From contig CAVTET010000006.1 of the NCBI GenBank assembly GCA_963733675.1, forward strand, positions 96,001-160,000: a DNA stretch of 64,000 nt. The letters run 5' to 3'. This document shows positions 1 to 12,595 of the stretch, piece by piece; within the stretch, counting starts at the first letter, position 1, and each line of letters starts with the position of its first letter. A program made the translations under genes and the position numbers. The DNA comes from an uncultured Methanosarcinaceae archaeon. GTDB lineage: Archaea > Halobacteriota > Methanosarcinia > Methanosarcinales > Methanosarcinaceae. The notes beneath the pieces are model-generated. The model did no database searches. It worked only from the letters and a program-made list of their open reading frames with translations, and was not told the origin of the DNA.

Positions 1-365
1 TGCATATACGATCCTCGCAATAATACTGAAAATATATTCATAAGTGGTTAAAGAAAACACAGCCACATGCTTCTAATCAAAGTATAAGATTTATCAAGCT
101 GTTGTTAAGGTTTTTTGGATGGTAAAACTAATATTTGTTTACACTTAAACCTTCAAAGCTCCTTCCATAATAAGTACACTTTCATTATATTATCTATCGA
201 TATAGTTGTCCAAGCGATATTTAGGACGATATTAGGAAATATTATAATCCTACTATGTTACTTGTGATGATAGGCAAGTCACTGGCATCTGAGATACTGA
301 GTATCATTGGAATCAATGTGAAAACAGGAAAAGATAGTGAAAAATCTCAACCTTAAGGTAAGATT

Positions 366-1112
366 ATGGATTCGAAAGTTTCAGTAATAACAGTTTGCTA
401 TAATGCTGAAGAATTTATTGAAAACGCAATTAATAGTGTTTTGAATCAAATATATGAAAATATTGAATATATTATAATTGATGGCGCATCGACGGATAAT
501 ACAGTGCCAATTATAACTAAATACAAATCCAGGATAGGATTTTTTTTGAGTGAACCGGATAGCGGCATGTATGAAGCAATGAATAAAGGAATAAAAGCTG
601 CTACTGGTGACATATTATATTTTTTAAATTCAGATGATGTATTTTATGATAAGTATGTTATAGAAAATGTTGTTAAAATGTTTAAGAAAAATATCGATGC
701 TGATCTTATATATGGTCCTATAATTATTAAAGATCCTATCACAAATGAGTCATTTATGAAACCGCATAATTATATTACAAAATCTTTCTTTATTTATGAT
801 TGCATCTGTCAGCAAGGTATATTTTATAAGACTGATATTTTTAAAAAATGTGGTCACTTCGACACGACTTATAAAATTGTAGGTGATTATGAATGGATCT
901 TGAGAGCATTCTATAAGTACAACGTTAAAAGGCAATATTATGGGAACATAATAACGATATTTAGAAATGGAGGTATGTCCAATTCAGATGAATTCTCAAA
1001 TATTCATGATATAGAAAGGCAAAGAGTTATGAAAGATTATTTCAACAAATTTAATATATTTAAATACAATTTTATATTATTTTCTAAAAGGATGCTTCAG
1101 AAGTTCGAATAG
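366..1112 (+). CDS. GT2 family glycosyltransferase (WcaE/WfgS-like)
   Basis: VSVITVCYN, IIDGASTD, EPDSGMYEAMNKG and FLNSDD motifs. Confidence 0.92.
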   Translation: MDSKVSVITVCYNAEEFIENAINSVLNQIYENIEYIIIDGASTDNTVPIITKYKSRIGFFLSEPDSGMYEAMNKGIKAATGDILYFLNSDDVFYDKYVIENVVKMFKKNIDADLIYGPIIIKDPITNESFMKPHNYITKSFFIYDCICQQGIFYKTDIFKKCGHFDTTYKIVGDYEWILRAFYKYNVKRQYYGNIITIFRNGGMSNSDEFSNIHDIERQRVMKDYFNKFNIFKYNFILFSKRMLQKFE

Positions 1113-1120
1113 TATTATAA

Positions 1121-1383
1121 GAGTTCATTCTAAAACCCAAGATTACTTCCCCAAATTTTGTACAATTAATGAGCTCATCACAAAAGCAATTTTATTCTTA
1201 ATCAAGATAAATTATCAGGATCCTTTTCACGATCATGAACTGGATTGATTATTCAAAATACAAGTCTCAAGAAACAAACTTTGAGTGCTTGGATGAACTC
1301 AATAATTAATCAAGCTTCTGATTCATGAAAAATGGTTCTGAAAATCTTACTTACTGAGAATAAAATGGTTTTGGGATGAGTTT
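1121..1383. mobile_element. Degenerate MITE / IS remnant
   Basis: Imperfect terminal IR gagttcattctaaaacc (1121) / ggttttgggatgagttt (1367-1383); no ORF inside. Confidence 0.4.
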
Positions 1384-2023
1384 ATACAGTAATTGAACAG
1401 TAATCAAAAAAGAAAATTAAAGTGTATATAGCGAATTTTATTGAGAATTGCTACATTACCTTGAGTTACCAATACGATGCACAAAATTCTTAAATCGTTT
1501 AGGTATCTTGCTAGAATTTTAACAAAACTTGAAGTTGATAACCAACTAAAGATAAAATTCAGAAAAGGTAATTATTCAGCATACCAAAAATAGGTTGATT
1601 GATGTCTATTTCGACGTAATAGATGCATCTGATCACGAACAGATGAACGATTCAAAAATGCAATCAATAACCACTAATTAACTACTAATGAAAGAAGATC
1701 AACTCATCGAAATTTGCCAATTGAGCCTTACTAATATTGGCTGTAGATGCTGTTTTATCCCGGTTGGAAGTCACAAAGAATGAATTCTAACACTCCAATT
1801 GGCCTTTATCCTCCTATGGTATCGAGTATTCTAGGTTTCATGTGGACATCTACATATTTTCTAATTCTCTATATATTGTTCTACAATAAGAATCATGAGA
1901 TGCTTAAAGTCATTGTTGAGCGCATAATAGTTACTAAAATATTAATCTAAACGAGTTAAGTAAATTATTTCACATACAAACTCCAGATCCTATAGGCTTA
2001 GAATAAGAATGGTATATAGCATC

Positions 2024-2985
2024 ATGCATGATCAAATTTCAACAGTAAGTGTAGTAATCCCAACTTATAATAGGGATCATTTACTACACAGGGCTATTCA
2101 GAGTGTTTTGGATCAAACTTACCAGGATTTAGAGCTCGTTTTGATGATGGTTCTACAGATAGTACTGAAGAAATTCTAAAAAATTTTAAAAATGGGGGAA
2201 TAAAATACCTTTGCCATAATAAAAATAACGGACCCTCCGCAGCAAGAAATACAGAATAAGGGCATCTAAAGGAGAATATATCGTGCTTCAGGATAGTGAC
2301 GATGAATGGGTTTCGGATAAATTAGCGAAACAGATATAAATTTTTGATAAATCCTCTATGAAGTTGGGTCGTTTATTCTGGTATTTATAGGGTAGAAGGT
2401 GATAAAAAAATTTAATTATCAAATGATGCTCTTTTTACTCAAAAAGAAGGAGACATTCATAACTAACTCCTTAAAAAAAATTTCGTCGGAATACCAGCAT
2501 TTTTATTAAGAAAGAATGTTTCGAAAAGGCAAAATATTTGATGAGGATATTCCTGCTTTAGAAGATTGGGAGTTTTGGATTGAAATCTCAAAATAGTATC
2601 ATTTTAAATTTATAGATGAGCCTTTGTTGTATCCTACTATACACCAAATAGTGCTAATCTCAACCAGAAAAATCAGCTTAAGGTACATGAGATTATTTTA
2701 TTAAAATCATTTAGATGATTTCAGTAAAAACACAAAAGTTTTGTCAGAACATTATTTCTAAATTGGTATTGAGCTGTGCTCATTTGGCGACTTTAAAAAT
2801 ATAAGAGATTATTTAATAAAAGCTGTAAAGCAAATCCCTTAAATACCGACGCAATTTCACGTTTTTTGTCTTACTTTTTTGTCAAAGAGTCCATCTTAAG
2901 TTTAGATATATTCATCAAGAAGTAATCAGGAAATATAAGATCTCCAAAATTGCCGCTCGAAAAAATTATTTATATAAAATATGAT
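2024..2985 (+). pseudogene. GT2 glycosyltransferase pseudogene
   Basis: VSVVIPTYNRDHLLHRAIQSVLDQTYQDLE, DDGSTDST, GPSAARN, LQDSDDEW and LEDWEFW recoverable across several frameshifts and stops. Confidence 0.85.
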
Positions 2986-3099
2986 GAAGATTAAAGGTCA
3001 TCCTAAACAATATTGCAATCAGATATGCATTAGAAATCTTAAAGCAGACTATTTTCTTTCACTCATATTAATTTCAGAAGCCGATTTTTTAAATGTGGT

Positions 3100-3870
3100 T
3101 GAAATAATGATCTAGATTGTTTGTGTATATGCTAACGAGAAAATATTTAGTGACTTTTTAGTTAAAAGCCTGAATATCAAACTGCAGAATTTGAACTAAT
3201 CGGGATCGATAATAACTCTAATAAATTCCAATCTGCACCGTCTGCTCTTAACTATAATGGGAAAAGCTAGGAAAAATACATAATGTTTGCTTATCAAGAT
3301 GTCAGTTTCCTCTCAAAGTCCTGGCTCGAAAATATAAAAAAATTTTTGGATCCAATAAGTAATTTAGGAATTGCTGGTTAGTTGGGATAGAGTGAAACCG
3401 GCAGCTCTACCACGGAATGAAGATGAAACATCATAACACATGGGGAGCTTTTGGAAATCTGCTCATGGGGAAACAAAATACAAAAACCTGTACCAGTATA
3501 AACACTTGGTGAACTTCTGGTAATAATTCCAAAATCTACTTTTGAAGTTCTTAATTTCGATGAAAAGACCTCTAACTGTTGGCAGTTATACGCAGTAGAG
3601 TATTGCCTAAGTGCTAAAGAAAACGGATTTGGAGTTTATGCACTTTCCATGAGGATTCACTACCTATCAAAAGAGAGCGGACAATATGAATAAATTTTAA
3701 TCTTTAAGAGAGTCACTGCCTGATGAATATTCTTACATTTTGGGCAAATTAATTAAAAGGCATAGTGATATGTATCGAAGAATTTATATAAACTGCGAAG
3801 ATTGGAGTACTTCGTAGCCTGCAGTTTTTCAAAGACGCTATTAAATACAAAGGTTAAATTGTATATTTAG
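3100..3870 (+). pseudogene. Pseudogene paralogue of the GT2 at 19615-20409
   Basis: Colinear similarity to 19615-20409 (e.g. tacataatgtttg.t.atcaaga, aatttaggaattgctgg, tgggg.aa.aaaatacaaaa.cc, gattggagtacttc) with stops and indels. Confidence 0.85.
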
Positions 3871-3899
3871 ATAACTTTGAATTGCCTAATTCGTAAATT

Positions 3900-4260
3900 G
3901 ACGGTTATTCTTGAAATTATATATTTCCCAGCGTTGATAAATAATTTCAATATATACTCATTGATACATATTTTGAAATATAGCAAGGTTATTTGACTCC
4001 ACATTTTTGAAGGAGAATGTTTTGATTCAGTATCAAAGAAAAGGTATAAAATATTACCGTCGTTAGATGTTGCATAAAACTTATAAAAATTAGTTTTTAC
4101 CAATCTCAAAGCATATATAGTTCAAATAGTTGATGATGCTATTGTCTAAAAGAAACTTGTTACGATAATTTCTACAAAAAAACCTATGTAGTATCTTATT
4201 TTCTAGATACAATGGTTTGTGTGACATATTTTCATTTTATAGTCCAAGGGTGGCTAAAAA
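3900..4260 (-). mobile_element. Degraded transposase-like repeat (copy 1)
   Basis: Similar to 11050-11360 and 46050-46335 (ccaatctcaaagcatatatagttcaaatagttgatgat). Confidence 0.55.
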
Positions 4261-4542
4261 TAGAAATACAGGTAAATCGAAATTCTTTATAATATATTAT
4301 ACTCGCTGTTAAGACACAATGTCAAAACACAGTGATAAACTTAAAATTGAACATCACTAAATTTTAAAAATTGTCACAATCCTTTGAAAGTGATTTATTT
4401 ACTGATGTAGGAATAGTTCGAATACAGAATTTGATTGAAGATCAAATTCACCTTGAAAATTTATATTTCGATCAAAAAATGTAAAATCAATAAATTTTGG
4501 AACTCAGTTTTTTTTAAATAGTATAAAAGTTCTTTATATTGC

Positions 4543-4637
4543 TTAAGAGAATTTCGATAAACCTCTATTTTTGGATGGTTGTTCATAAACCCTATATACA
4601 ATTTGCTAAAATAAGAGGTTTATTGAGATTCTCTTAA
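4543..4637. mobile_element. ~95-bp MITE with IS5-type ends
   Basis: 24-bp IR ttaagagaatttcgataaacctct / agaggtttattgagattctcttaa, 22 of 24 matching. Confidence 0.8.
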
Positions 4638-5067
4638 GTATATTCATTGATCATCGGTTAAGGATTTTTTTTGTATGTATGCTATAGATTTATTAGCACA
4701 AATTAATCCCATATTTTGAAAACCAACGCTAAAATAGACATACTGCTCCAACTTATTATCGGTGAATATTTTGTTTAACTATAGGGGAAATATATCACTG
4801 TAATCTCTATCATAAGTTAAGTCTTCAGTTTCATTATCACTGGAGTGAGCATTGGGTAGTCGAAAAGATATATGGCTTACGTAAAAGTTAAAGCAAGCAG
4901 GTTTAACCTGAAAATTGGAGAAAGTACTCGATAAGGGCAAGTTAAAGGTATACTTTGTCTAATTTAGGTAAGATTCAGGTTGAAATTTTTAAAGTGCTGA
5001 TAAGAGAAGTTATAGATGAAGTGTATGTTGTTAGTTTTGATGGTATATATGGGAGGAACTCAAAAAT

Positions 5068-5619
5068 ATGAATTTAATAAATACGAAAATAAGTGACCTC
5101 TTCATACTCGAACCTAAAGTTTTTGGTGATCATCGAGGTTACTTTTTTGAAAGTTATAACCAAATGACACTTGATAATCTTTTGGGCAAGAGCTATAACT
5201 TCGTTCAGGATAATGAGTCAAAGTCTTCCTATGGAGTGGTTCGCGGTCTGCACTATCAACTGGCTCCTTTTAGTCAAACAAAACTTGTAAGGGTTTTGCA
5301 AGGGAAAGTATATGACATCGCAGTAGATCTTAGGAAAGATTCCCCTACTTTTCTGTATTGGGTTGGAGTCGAGCTTTCTGCTGAAAATAAAAAACAATTT
5401 TTGATTCCAAAGTGTTTTGCTCATGGATTTTCCGTGCTGAGTGAAACTGCCATCTTTGTATACAAATGTGATGAATATTACTACCCTGAGGTAGAGGCAG
5501 GAATTATCTATAATGATCCTTCATTGAGTATTGACTGGAAAATAAAAGATGAAGATATTAAAATTTCTCGAAAGGATATGCTGCTTCCAAATTTGGAAAA
5601 AGCTAACATGGACTTTTAA
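5068..5619 (+). CDS. rfbC: dTDP-4-dehydrorhamnose 3,5-epimerase
   Basis: FGDHRGYFFES, FVQDNES, VVRGLHYQ, FAHGF. Confidence 0.96.
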   Translation: MNLINTKISDLFILEPKVFGDHRGYFFESYNQMTLDNLLGKSYNFVQDNESKSSYGVVRGLHYQLAPFSQTKLVRVLQGKVYDIAVDLRKDSPTFLYWVGVELSAENKKQFLIPKCFAHGFSVLSETAIFVYKCDEYYYPEVEAGIIYNDPSLSIDWKIKDEDIKISRKDMLLPNLEKANMDF

Positions 5620-5667
5620 AAATCTACTAAAATTTTAATCATCTTATCGCAATTTACAGATTATGTA

Positions 5668-5759
5668 TATTGGGTTTCGATAAGCTCTAAATTTGTCATA
5701 GGCCTATAAATGGTGTGTAAATGACTCGTGAAAATCAGAGGTTTATCAAAATTCTCTAA
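5668..5759. mobile_element. MITE, same family as 4543-4637
   Basis: gggtttcgataagctct ... agaggtttatcaaaattctctaa. Confidence 0.6.
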
Positions 5760-5778
5760 TTTATTAACATATTTAGAG

Positions 5779-6744
5779 GTGGACAGAACGAAATTGTTAG
5801 TAACAGGAGGTTGCGGATTCATAGGCAGCAACTTTATCAGTTATATGATGAAAAAGTACCCAGACTATCAAGTTGTAAATCTTGATAAACTAACTTATGC
5901 CGGAAATCTTACAAATCTAAAGGATATTGAAAATAATCCGAATTATTTTTTTGTACAGGGAGATATCTGCGATTCTCGAGTCGTTAATGAAGTAATGGGA
6001 AAAGTAGATGAAGTTGTTCATTTTGCAGCCGAAAGCCATGTTGACCGCTCAATCGAAGATGGATCGGTTTTTGTCAGAACAAATGTGCTCGGAACAAATA
6101 CTCTTCTGCAAAGCGCGCTTGTACATAATATAACAAAATTTATTCATATATCAACAGACGAAGTCTATGGCAGCATTAAAGAAGGTTTTTTTACCGAAAC
6201 AGATAAGCTTAACCCTTCAAGTCCATATTCTTCAAGCAAAGCAGGTTCCGATTTTCTTGCTTTGGCCTACTATACAACTTATGGTCTGCCAGTATGTATA
6301 ACTCGATGTACAAACAACTTCGGGCCTTATCAGTACCCTGAAAAACTAATTCCATTTTTCATCAGCAGATTAATAGAAGGGAAAAAAGTTCCCGTTTATG
6401 GCACAGGTCTGAACATTCGTGACTGGATTTATGTTGAAGATCATTGCTCTGCCGTAGATTTTGTACTTCATAACGGAAGAAGCGGAGAAATCTATAATAT
6501 AGATGGTGAAAACGAGCTTACAAACCTCGAAATCACTTATCGCCTTCTTAAGATGCTTGGAAAAGATGAATCTGCAATTGAATACGTTAAAGACAGAAAA
6601 GGCCACGACTTTCGCTATGCTCTTGATGGCAGCAAAATGGGGAAAATGGGCTGGAAGCCTAAGTATAACTTTGATACCGCCCTTGAGCAAACAGTAAGGT
6701 GGTATGTTGAAAATAGGTGGTGGTGGGAACCATTAAAACGCTGA
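5779..6744 (+). CDS. rfbB: dTDP-glucose 4,6-dehydratase (start uncertain: GTG 5779 or ACG 5788)
   Basis: LLVTGGCGFIGSNF, DKLTYAGN, HFAAESHVDRSI, ISTDEVYG, YSSSK. Confidence 0.95.
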   Translation: MDRTKLLVTGGCGFIGSNFISYMMKKYPDYQVVNLDKLTYAGNLTNLKDIENNPNYFFVQGDICDSRVVNEVMGKVDEVVHFAAESHVDRSIEDGSVFVRTNVLGTNTLLQSALVHNITKFIHISTDEVYGSIKEGFFTETDKLNPSSPYSSSKAGSDFLALAYYTTYGLPVCITRCTNNFGPYQYPEKLIPFFISRLIEGKKVPVYGTGLNIRDWIYVEDHCSAVDFVLHNGRSGEIYNIDGENELTNLEITYRLLKMLGKDESAIEYVKDRKGHDFRYALDGSKMGKMGWKPKYNFDTALEQTVRWYVENRWWWEPLKR

Positions 6745-7526
6745 TCATTGGTGCGAGTGGGATGCTTGGATTCGACCTTTGTAAAGTGTTTCCTACTTCT
6801 GTCAAACTAACTCACAAGGAACTTGACATAATAAACAGAGACCAGGTTCTGGATTATATCCAAAGAATAAAACCGAATCTTGTGATAAATGCAGCTGCCT
6901 ATACTGATGTTGAAGGCTGCGAGGATAAACAGGAACTGGCACTTCAGGTCAACGCATATGGTCCAGGATACGTTGCTGAAGCTTGCAATAAAATAGGTGC
7001 AATACTTATACACTTCAGTACCGACTATGTGTTTGATGGGGTTGATAGTGAGTATATTGAGTCGGCTATTCCTAATCCCATCAACGTATATGGTCGATCA
7101 AAATTTATTGGAGAACAGGAAATTGCAGAAAAGATGGATAATTACAGAATTATTAGGATTTCTTGGCTTTTTGGCATGCATGGGAAAAATTTTGTAGAAA
7201 CAATGCTTAAGCTATCTGGTGAAATGGCTGAAATCGGGGTTGTAAATGATCAATTTGGAAAACCCACCTATACAGTAGACCTTGCACATAAAATTGCGGA
7301 TATAATTGAACTTAATCCCGGGATATACCATCTGACTAATGAGGGTATATGTTCCTGGTACGAGTTTGCATCTGCCTTTATAAATAATGCTGTTCCATGT
7401 ACAAGTGAGAAATTCCCAAGAAAAGCTAAACGTCCAAAGTATTCTATTCTTGTAAATACTAAAACAGGAGCTATGAGGCATTGGAAAGAAGCACTTAAAG
7501 ATTATCTCAGGGAGAAAAATATATGA
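6717..7526 (+). CDS. rfbD: dTDP-4-dehydrorhamnose reductase
   Basis: GASGMLG, NAAAYTDV, STDYVFDG, YGRSK, VNDQFGKPT. Confidence 0.95.
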   Translation: MVVGTIKTLIIGASGMLGFDLCKVFPTSVKLTHKELDIINRDQVLDYIQRIKPNLVINAAAYTDVEGCEDKQELALQVNAYGPGYVAEACNKIGAILIHFSTDYVFDGVDSEYIESAIPNPINVYGRSKFIGEQEIAEKMDNYRIIRISWLFGMHGKNFVETMLKLSGEMAEIGVVNDQFGKPTYTVDLAHKIADIIELNPGIYHLTNEGICSWYEFASAFINNAVPCTSEKFPRKAKRPKYSILVNTKTGAMRHWKEALKDYLREKNI

Positions 7527-8245
7527 AAGGTGTAATACTCGCAGGGGGTACGGGTAGCAGGCTTTATCCCCTAACTAAAGTTACAAACAAGCACCTTTTG
7601 CCTGTATATGACAAACCAATGATATTTTATCCTATCCAGACTCTCATTGATGCTGGGATCAAGGATATAATGATTGTATCGGGCAGAGGTCATGCAGGAC
7701 ACTTTCTCGAGCTTATTGGGTCAGGTGCAGATATCGGAGTTAAGTGCACGTACGAAATTCAAGAAGAAGCAGGAGGGATTGCACAGGCTTTAGGCCTTGC
7801 AGAGAGTTTTGCTGATGAAGAAGATATCACCGTAATTCTTGGGGACAACATTTTCCAAGATAACATTAAAAAGGACGTCTTAACCTTTAAAGGCGGCGCC
7901 AAAATCTTCTTAAAGGAAGTTCCAGAAGCCCAAAGATTTGGAGTAGCTGAACTCAAAGGCAACAGGGTTGTAGGAATTCAGGAGAAACCTCATGAGCCGA
8001 AAAGCAATTTTGCAGTTACCGGTCTTTACATTTACAGCAATAAAGTGTTCAACGTGATTAAAAACCTCAGACCTTCTGCGCGAAGTGAACTTGAGATTAC
8101 TGACGTCAATAATCATTTCGTTAATAATGAAACTATGGATTACCGCATTTTTTCTGGTTTCTGGAGTGATGCAGGTACCTTTGATAGTTTATTGAGGGCA
8201 GGAGTACTAATCCAAAATCATCGCAAAAACAAAAATACAAAATAA
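7523..8245 (+). CDS. rfbA: Glucose-1-phosphate thymidylyltransferase
   Basis: LAGGTGSRLYPLT, KHLLPVYDKPMI, LGDN, QEKP, RSELEITD; ATGA overlap with rfbD. Confidence 0.93.
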   Translation: MKGVILAGGTGSRLYPLTKVTNKHLLPVYDKPMIFYPIQTLIDAGIKDIMIVSGRGHAGHFLELIGSGADIGVKCTYEIQEEAGGIAQALGLAESFADEEDITVILGDNIFQDNIKKDVLTFKGGAKIFLKEVPEAQRFGVAELKGNRVVGIQEKPHEPKSNFAVTGLYIYSNKVFNVIKNLRPSARSELEITDVNNHFVNNETMDYRIFSGFWSDAGTFDSLLRAGVLIQNHRKNKNTK

Positions 8246-8695
8246 AAACCTCATCGAGCACTGTTAAAAACATAATCAAGCATTATTTGGGACTATATTT
8301 TCCACAATTAGAAAGAATTACTTGAATTTTGGATGCTAGTCTAGTGGTACTTTATCAAATACCACTATTTCTGATAGTTTCAACATTTGGATGAGACTAT
8401 CATTTTTTAATAGTATTACTGATGAATTACATAATTTTAAGCTGATTTACTAATACTATCCCAACAACCTTTTAAAAATAACCAAAAACCATGAATATTT
8501 TTATAATAAATCAAATTAACTGCAGTTAAATACCTAAATCGAAATGTGAAGATGTCAGATCTTGGTTTTTTGAACAAAAATAATTCTATATCCTGCTTTT
8601 GGATCTCTGACACATAAATCAGTATCCTCCCAGCATAAAAAATAATTTTTATTTTATATAGCCAATTTTTTTGAATACCTCATTTTTAGTAAACA

Positions 8696-10168
8696 ATTTA
8701 CAACTATCCAGGCCCCTTAACTCCCATGCCAATCTTTTCCGCAATTTTTCGTAGATCTTCACAAATCTGTCTATCAAGTTTCAGAACAAGAACACCATAT
8801 GCCATTCCACCGACAATAACGGCAACCAGTAACCCATATATTCAAAAGTGGTACACGTAAACGACACCCTCCAACAAGTACTCCCATTGCAATCGAAGTT
8901 ATAGAGATGTTCAACAGGCTATGACATCCTAGTCGTATTTCAATAATTTTTGATAATGCACATCTGGCAAGTAGGGCATTTAATGTCATTGTTGCCAGAA
9001 TTGTGATTGTTGTGCACTTACCCCGATCACTGGGATCAGTACAATATTCAACGCAATATTTGCTACAACACTAACAACCGTGACTTTAAATGATTATTTT
9101 GGATTATCCAGAGCATCCAAATACATGGTAAATAAAAACTGGAATACATTAACTACCTGCACAGCAAGTAGTATTATTAATATTTGATATCCTCGAGCAA
9201 AGTCCGCGCCATAAAATAAAGGTAGCAGACGGTCACTCATTAATATACCACCCACAAACACAGGAATTGCCAGTATCAATGAGTAGCTGATAGCACGCGA
9301 TAGAGATTCCTCCACCAGCTCGATCTCATTAGTTTTACCCCAGCGGCTGATACGGGGCCAAAGCGTGTCTCGCAATGCATTTGTGCTAAATGTAGCAACT
9401 AAGGTAAACTGGAGTATTATTCTGTAAATGCCTACATTGGACATATCCAATAGATGTCCAATTATAATTGTATCAGCTTGTGAATATAGCATCATTCCAC
9501 TAGCAGTTAAAAAATAACCAAAATGAAAAGGCAGATAAGCTTTTTATGTGGGCCCATTTGAAACGTACTAAATGCAAATCAAAAAAATGTAATTCAATTA
9601 TTGTTCCCTCCAGTGTTCCAGCCACCATACCTCCAGCCAGACCGGCAGTCTCATATCAAAGATATATTGCCGAGATCTGAAATATAATGCATGAAATATT
9701 TTTTATGCCTAAAAAGGTGTTGTATATCCCGATTTTATCCCTGCCGGCAACTCCGCTTTAGATGGGACCCACAATCACTGATATCAACAATGATAGTAGC
9801 AGCCAGACAAATATATTTGAGTATTTAAGCTCTACAAAAGAATCTTTAAATACGAGCAAGATGAGTATTCCAATTATCGTAAATGCTAACCGCGGTATAA
9901 AATATGCATTGGGTTCTTTTCCTTCACTTATACGTTTCATTGCGGCTCCATCGAATCCCCCATCTGTAACCAAACTAAAAATGCCATTATATGATAAAAA
10001 CAGAAAATATGCACCGAAAATTGGAGCACCTACGGTATGTGCGGGTACATTGTACTCAGAAGACCCATAGCTTTGAATACTATCTGTCAGAATAATGATA
10101 TTATAGTCTGGCGCTGGATAGGATCTATTTTAAGGATATTAGAAAAAAAATGGTAGTTATGTTATACA
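8696..10168 (-). pseudogene. Wzx/MATE-like polysaccharide flippase pseudogene
   Basis: Hydrophobic fragments 9758-9973, 9094-9495 and 8774-8989 with flippase motifs (YSQADTIIIG, VGIYRI, NIVLIP), many frameshifts. Confidence 0.82.
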
Positions 10169-10454
10169 TGGTCCAAAACATTAATTATATTTTTATTAGT
10201 TATATTTCAACATATTTGGAAATTCTAAAAATCTATTAAGTAGTAAATCTTTTTCTAAATTCAACATCGATTTAGTTCTATACTAGTGTCTGGACAATTT
10301 TATAGGACAAAACGTAAAATCATTGGGTTATCAGCTCAGTAGACATAAGCATCAACCTGGTTTTGCATCTGATTTCCGGCTGCTTATTTGCTAACGTTGC
10401 GATGGCAGAGGCGAAATAAAAAATTAGAGTTTGCATTAAAATTGTTTTGGGAAA

Positions 10455-10950
10455 TCATCTATTTAGAAATCTTTGATTTAATCCAAATTGGTTCTAAAAT
10501 AGTTTTGTTTATGCCATACACTATCAGCTTAAAGTTTACTTCTATGATTTGATTACGGATTTTTTTTGTCGAAGTACTTATCCACATCTCCTTTTGTCGA
10601 CAGAAAAAATTATCTCGACTATCTTTTTTATTATATTTAATTTTATCTGAAATTAAATAAAACTGTTTTTGTATTTTCTCTTCACTTTCTTTCTCTTGGA
10701 ACATATTACATGATAAATTTTTCCCAAATAAAAATTGCGATGGAATACTTCGCTGCAAACAACTGGATATGGTCTCATTCTCTTGCTCTGAATATAATAG
10801 ATTATTCAAAATCAAATATTTTTATTTACCTGCATGTTTCTTTTTCTTCCTGGTTTTCCTTATTTTAGACCTACTTTTTAATGATATCGGAAGTTGTACC
10901 ATCATCCATTTCCATTGTAGTTCCCATCACTACAAAGTTTACAATCCAGA
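10455..10950 (-). mobile_element. IS5-family transposase remnant
   Basis: C-terminal DKIKYN..., NQIIEVNFKLIVYGINK similar to the remnant at 61220-62206. Confidence 0.6.
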
Positions 10951-10960
10951 AGTTATTTCT

Positions 10961-11050
10961 TAGGGAATTTCGATAAACATTCAATTTCTCTCGATACTTA
11001 TAAATAGTATATAACTATTTCATAAAAATTAGAGGTTTATCTAAATATTT
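10961..11050. mobile_element. MITE, 4543 family
   Basis: tagggaatttcgataaac ... agaggtttatctaaatatt. Confidence 0.6.
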
Positions 11051-11360
11051 TTCAGAATATTCCATAAAAATTTTCCTTGCTGTGATGTTTTTTATAATCC
11101 GCATCACTTTTGAAGGAGAATATTTTGATTCAAGATCAGTGAAAAGATGTAAATTATCACCATCATTAGATGTTGCATCAAACTTATAAAAATTAATTTT
11201 TACCAATCTCAAAGCATGATATAGTTCAAATAATTGACGATATCAATGTCTAAAATAAATTTGTTAGGATCCTTCATGCAAAAAAACGATACGAGATCTT
11301 ATTTGCTAGATCAATCGTTTAGATTACATAGTGTCATTTTATAGTGTGAAGATAGTTAAA
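11050..11360 (-). mobile_element. Degraded transposase-like repeat (copy 2)
   Basis: Similar to 3900-4260; shared pseudo-ORF MRLVK.NFYKF.ATSNDG. Confidence 0.55.
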
Positions 11361-11389
11361 ATATAAACCAGTTAGTTAATAACAGTTTT

Positions 11390-11440
11390 TGGGGAAGTTT
11401 CCATCCCCGCAACAAGCTGCGGGATATTCGACTAAGATAA
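11390..11440 (+). repeat. Short palindromic dispersed repeat (REP/PATE-like)
   Basis: ggggaagtttccatccccgcaacaagctgcgggatattcgact hairpin; related copies at ~45556 and ~46519. Confidence 0.6.
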
Positions 11441-11470
11441 ACACAATTTGAGATCGTGGGGAATTAATAT

Positions 11471-12541
11471 ATGGAAGTTGATTATATAAACGGCCTAAAA
11501 ACGGACGAAATATTTGCGATGTCAAAATACCAGATGAAGATACATGAAAGGATAATAGACATAAGACTAAACCCTATAGAGTATCCTATGATCTCAAAAA
11601 AAAGAGTCATAAATGACGTAGTTAAATATCTGGTATATCCGTTTATTGTAAATGGAAGAGTAAGAAAAAAGAACATAAAACATATAACCAGCCAGGACCT
11701 TGCTTACATTCTAAAACTGGTAAAATTGGAAAAGACAATTGTTACTTGCCATGACATTATCCCATGGGTATATGACAATGAGCGGCTACCTACTACGAAA
11801 CTGAAAATGAAGGGATTAATGGAAGCAGATAGAATGATCACGGTTTCTGAATACTCAAAAAAGGACATTATACGATATTTGGGATATCCAGAAAATAGAA
11901 TCAGTATTGTATATCCGGCAGTTGACCACGATATCTACTATGTGAAAAGGGATCGAGAAATCATAAAAAAATTAGGTATTATGGATACTAGCAAAGTAAT
12001 TTTATACGTTGGCTCTGAACAGCCTAGAAAAAATATCCCCTTTTTATTAGAAGCGGTTAACCAGCTGAAAAGGAGAATTCAAGGGATAAAACTCCTTAAA
12101 ATTGGAACCCCTCAGGTTCCTGATGCACGTGAAAAACTTCTTGAGTTGGTTGAAAGACTAGGCTTGCAGGAAGAGGTAATATTCGTAGGATACGTTTCAG
12201 AGAATGATATTACAAAGTACTACAATGCTGCAGATCTTTTTGTATATCCTTCGTTATATGAGGGGTTCGGAATGCCTCCACTGGAAGCTATGGCATGCGG
12301 AACACCGGTAGTAACCTCCAACGTAACATCATTACCTGAAGTAGTAGCAGATTCTGCCATTACGATAGATCCACACGACATCGATGCATTTGTAAACGCA
12401 ATGTATGATGTTTTAACGGATGAAAAGTTAAGGGAAATCATGATAAGCAAAGGACTCAAAAGAGCACAGTTATTTAACTGGAAAAAATCAGCTGAAGAAA
12501 TGCGTAGAGTATATGAACAGCTAAACTCAAATTCTCTCTAA
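11471..12541 (+). CDS. GT4 glycosyltransferase (MtfB/WbpY-like)
   Basis: [35 protein letters not shown]. Confidence 0.93.
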   Translation: MEVDYINGLKTDEIFAMSKYQMKIHERIIDIRLNPIEYPMISKKRVINDVVKYLVYPFIVNGRVRKKNIKHITSQDLAYILKLVKLEKTIVTCHDIIPWVYDNERLPTTKLKMKGLMEADRMITVSEYSKKDIIRYLGYPENRISIVYPAVDHDIYYVKRDREIIKKLGIMDTSKVILYVGSEQPRKNIPFLLEAVNQLKRRIQGIKLLKIGTPQVPDAREKLLELVERLGLQEEVIFVGYVSENDITKYYNAADLFVYPSLYEGFGMPPLEAMACGTPVVTSNVTSLPEVVADSAITIDPHDIDAFVNAMYDVLTDEKLREIMISKGLKRAQLFNWKKSAEEMRRVYEQLNSNSL

Positions 12542-12595
12542 AGACCTTAATATGAAATTTCAATTATTACGCACAAATACCATACTGATAAGTTT

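Noticed and set aside
1400-1990. Possible decayed gene, including ORF 1747-1950
   Set aside because: No family motif could be recognised in any frame.
5728-5778. N-terminal extension of rfbB, and likewise 57514-57582 for ftsY
   Set aside because: Both begin inside MITE sequence (M.IRG.S), so they are artefacts of the element end.
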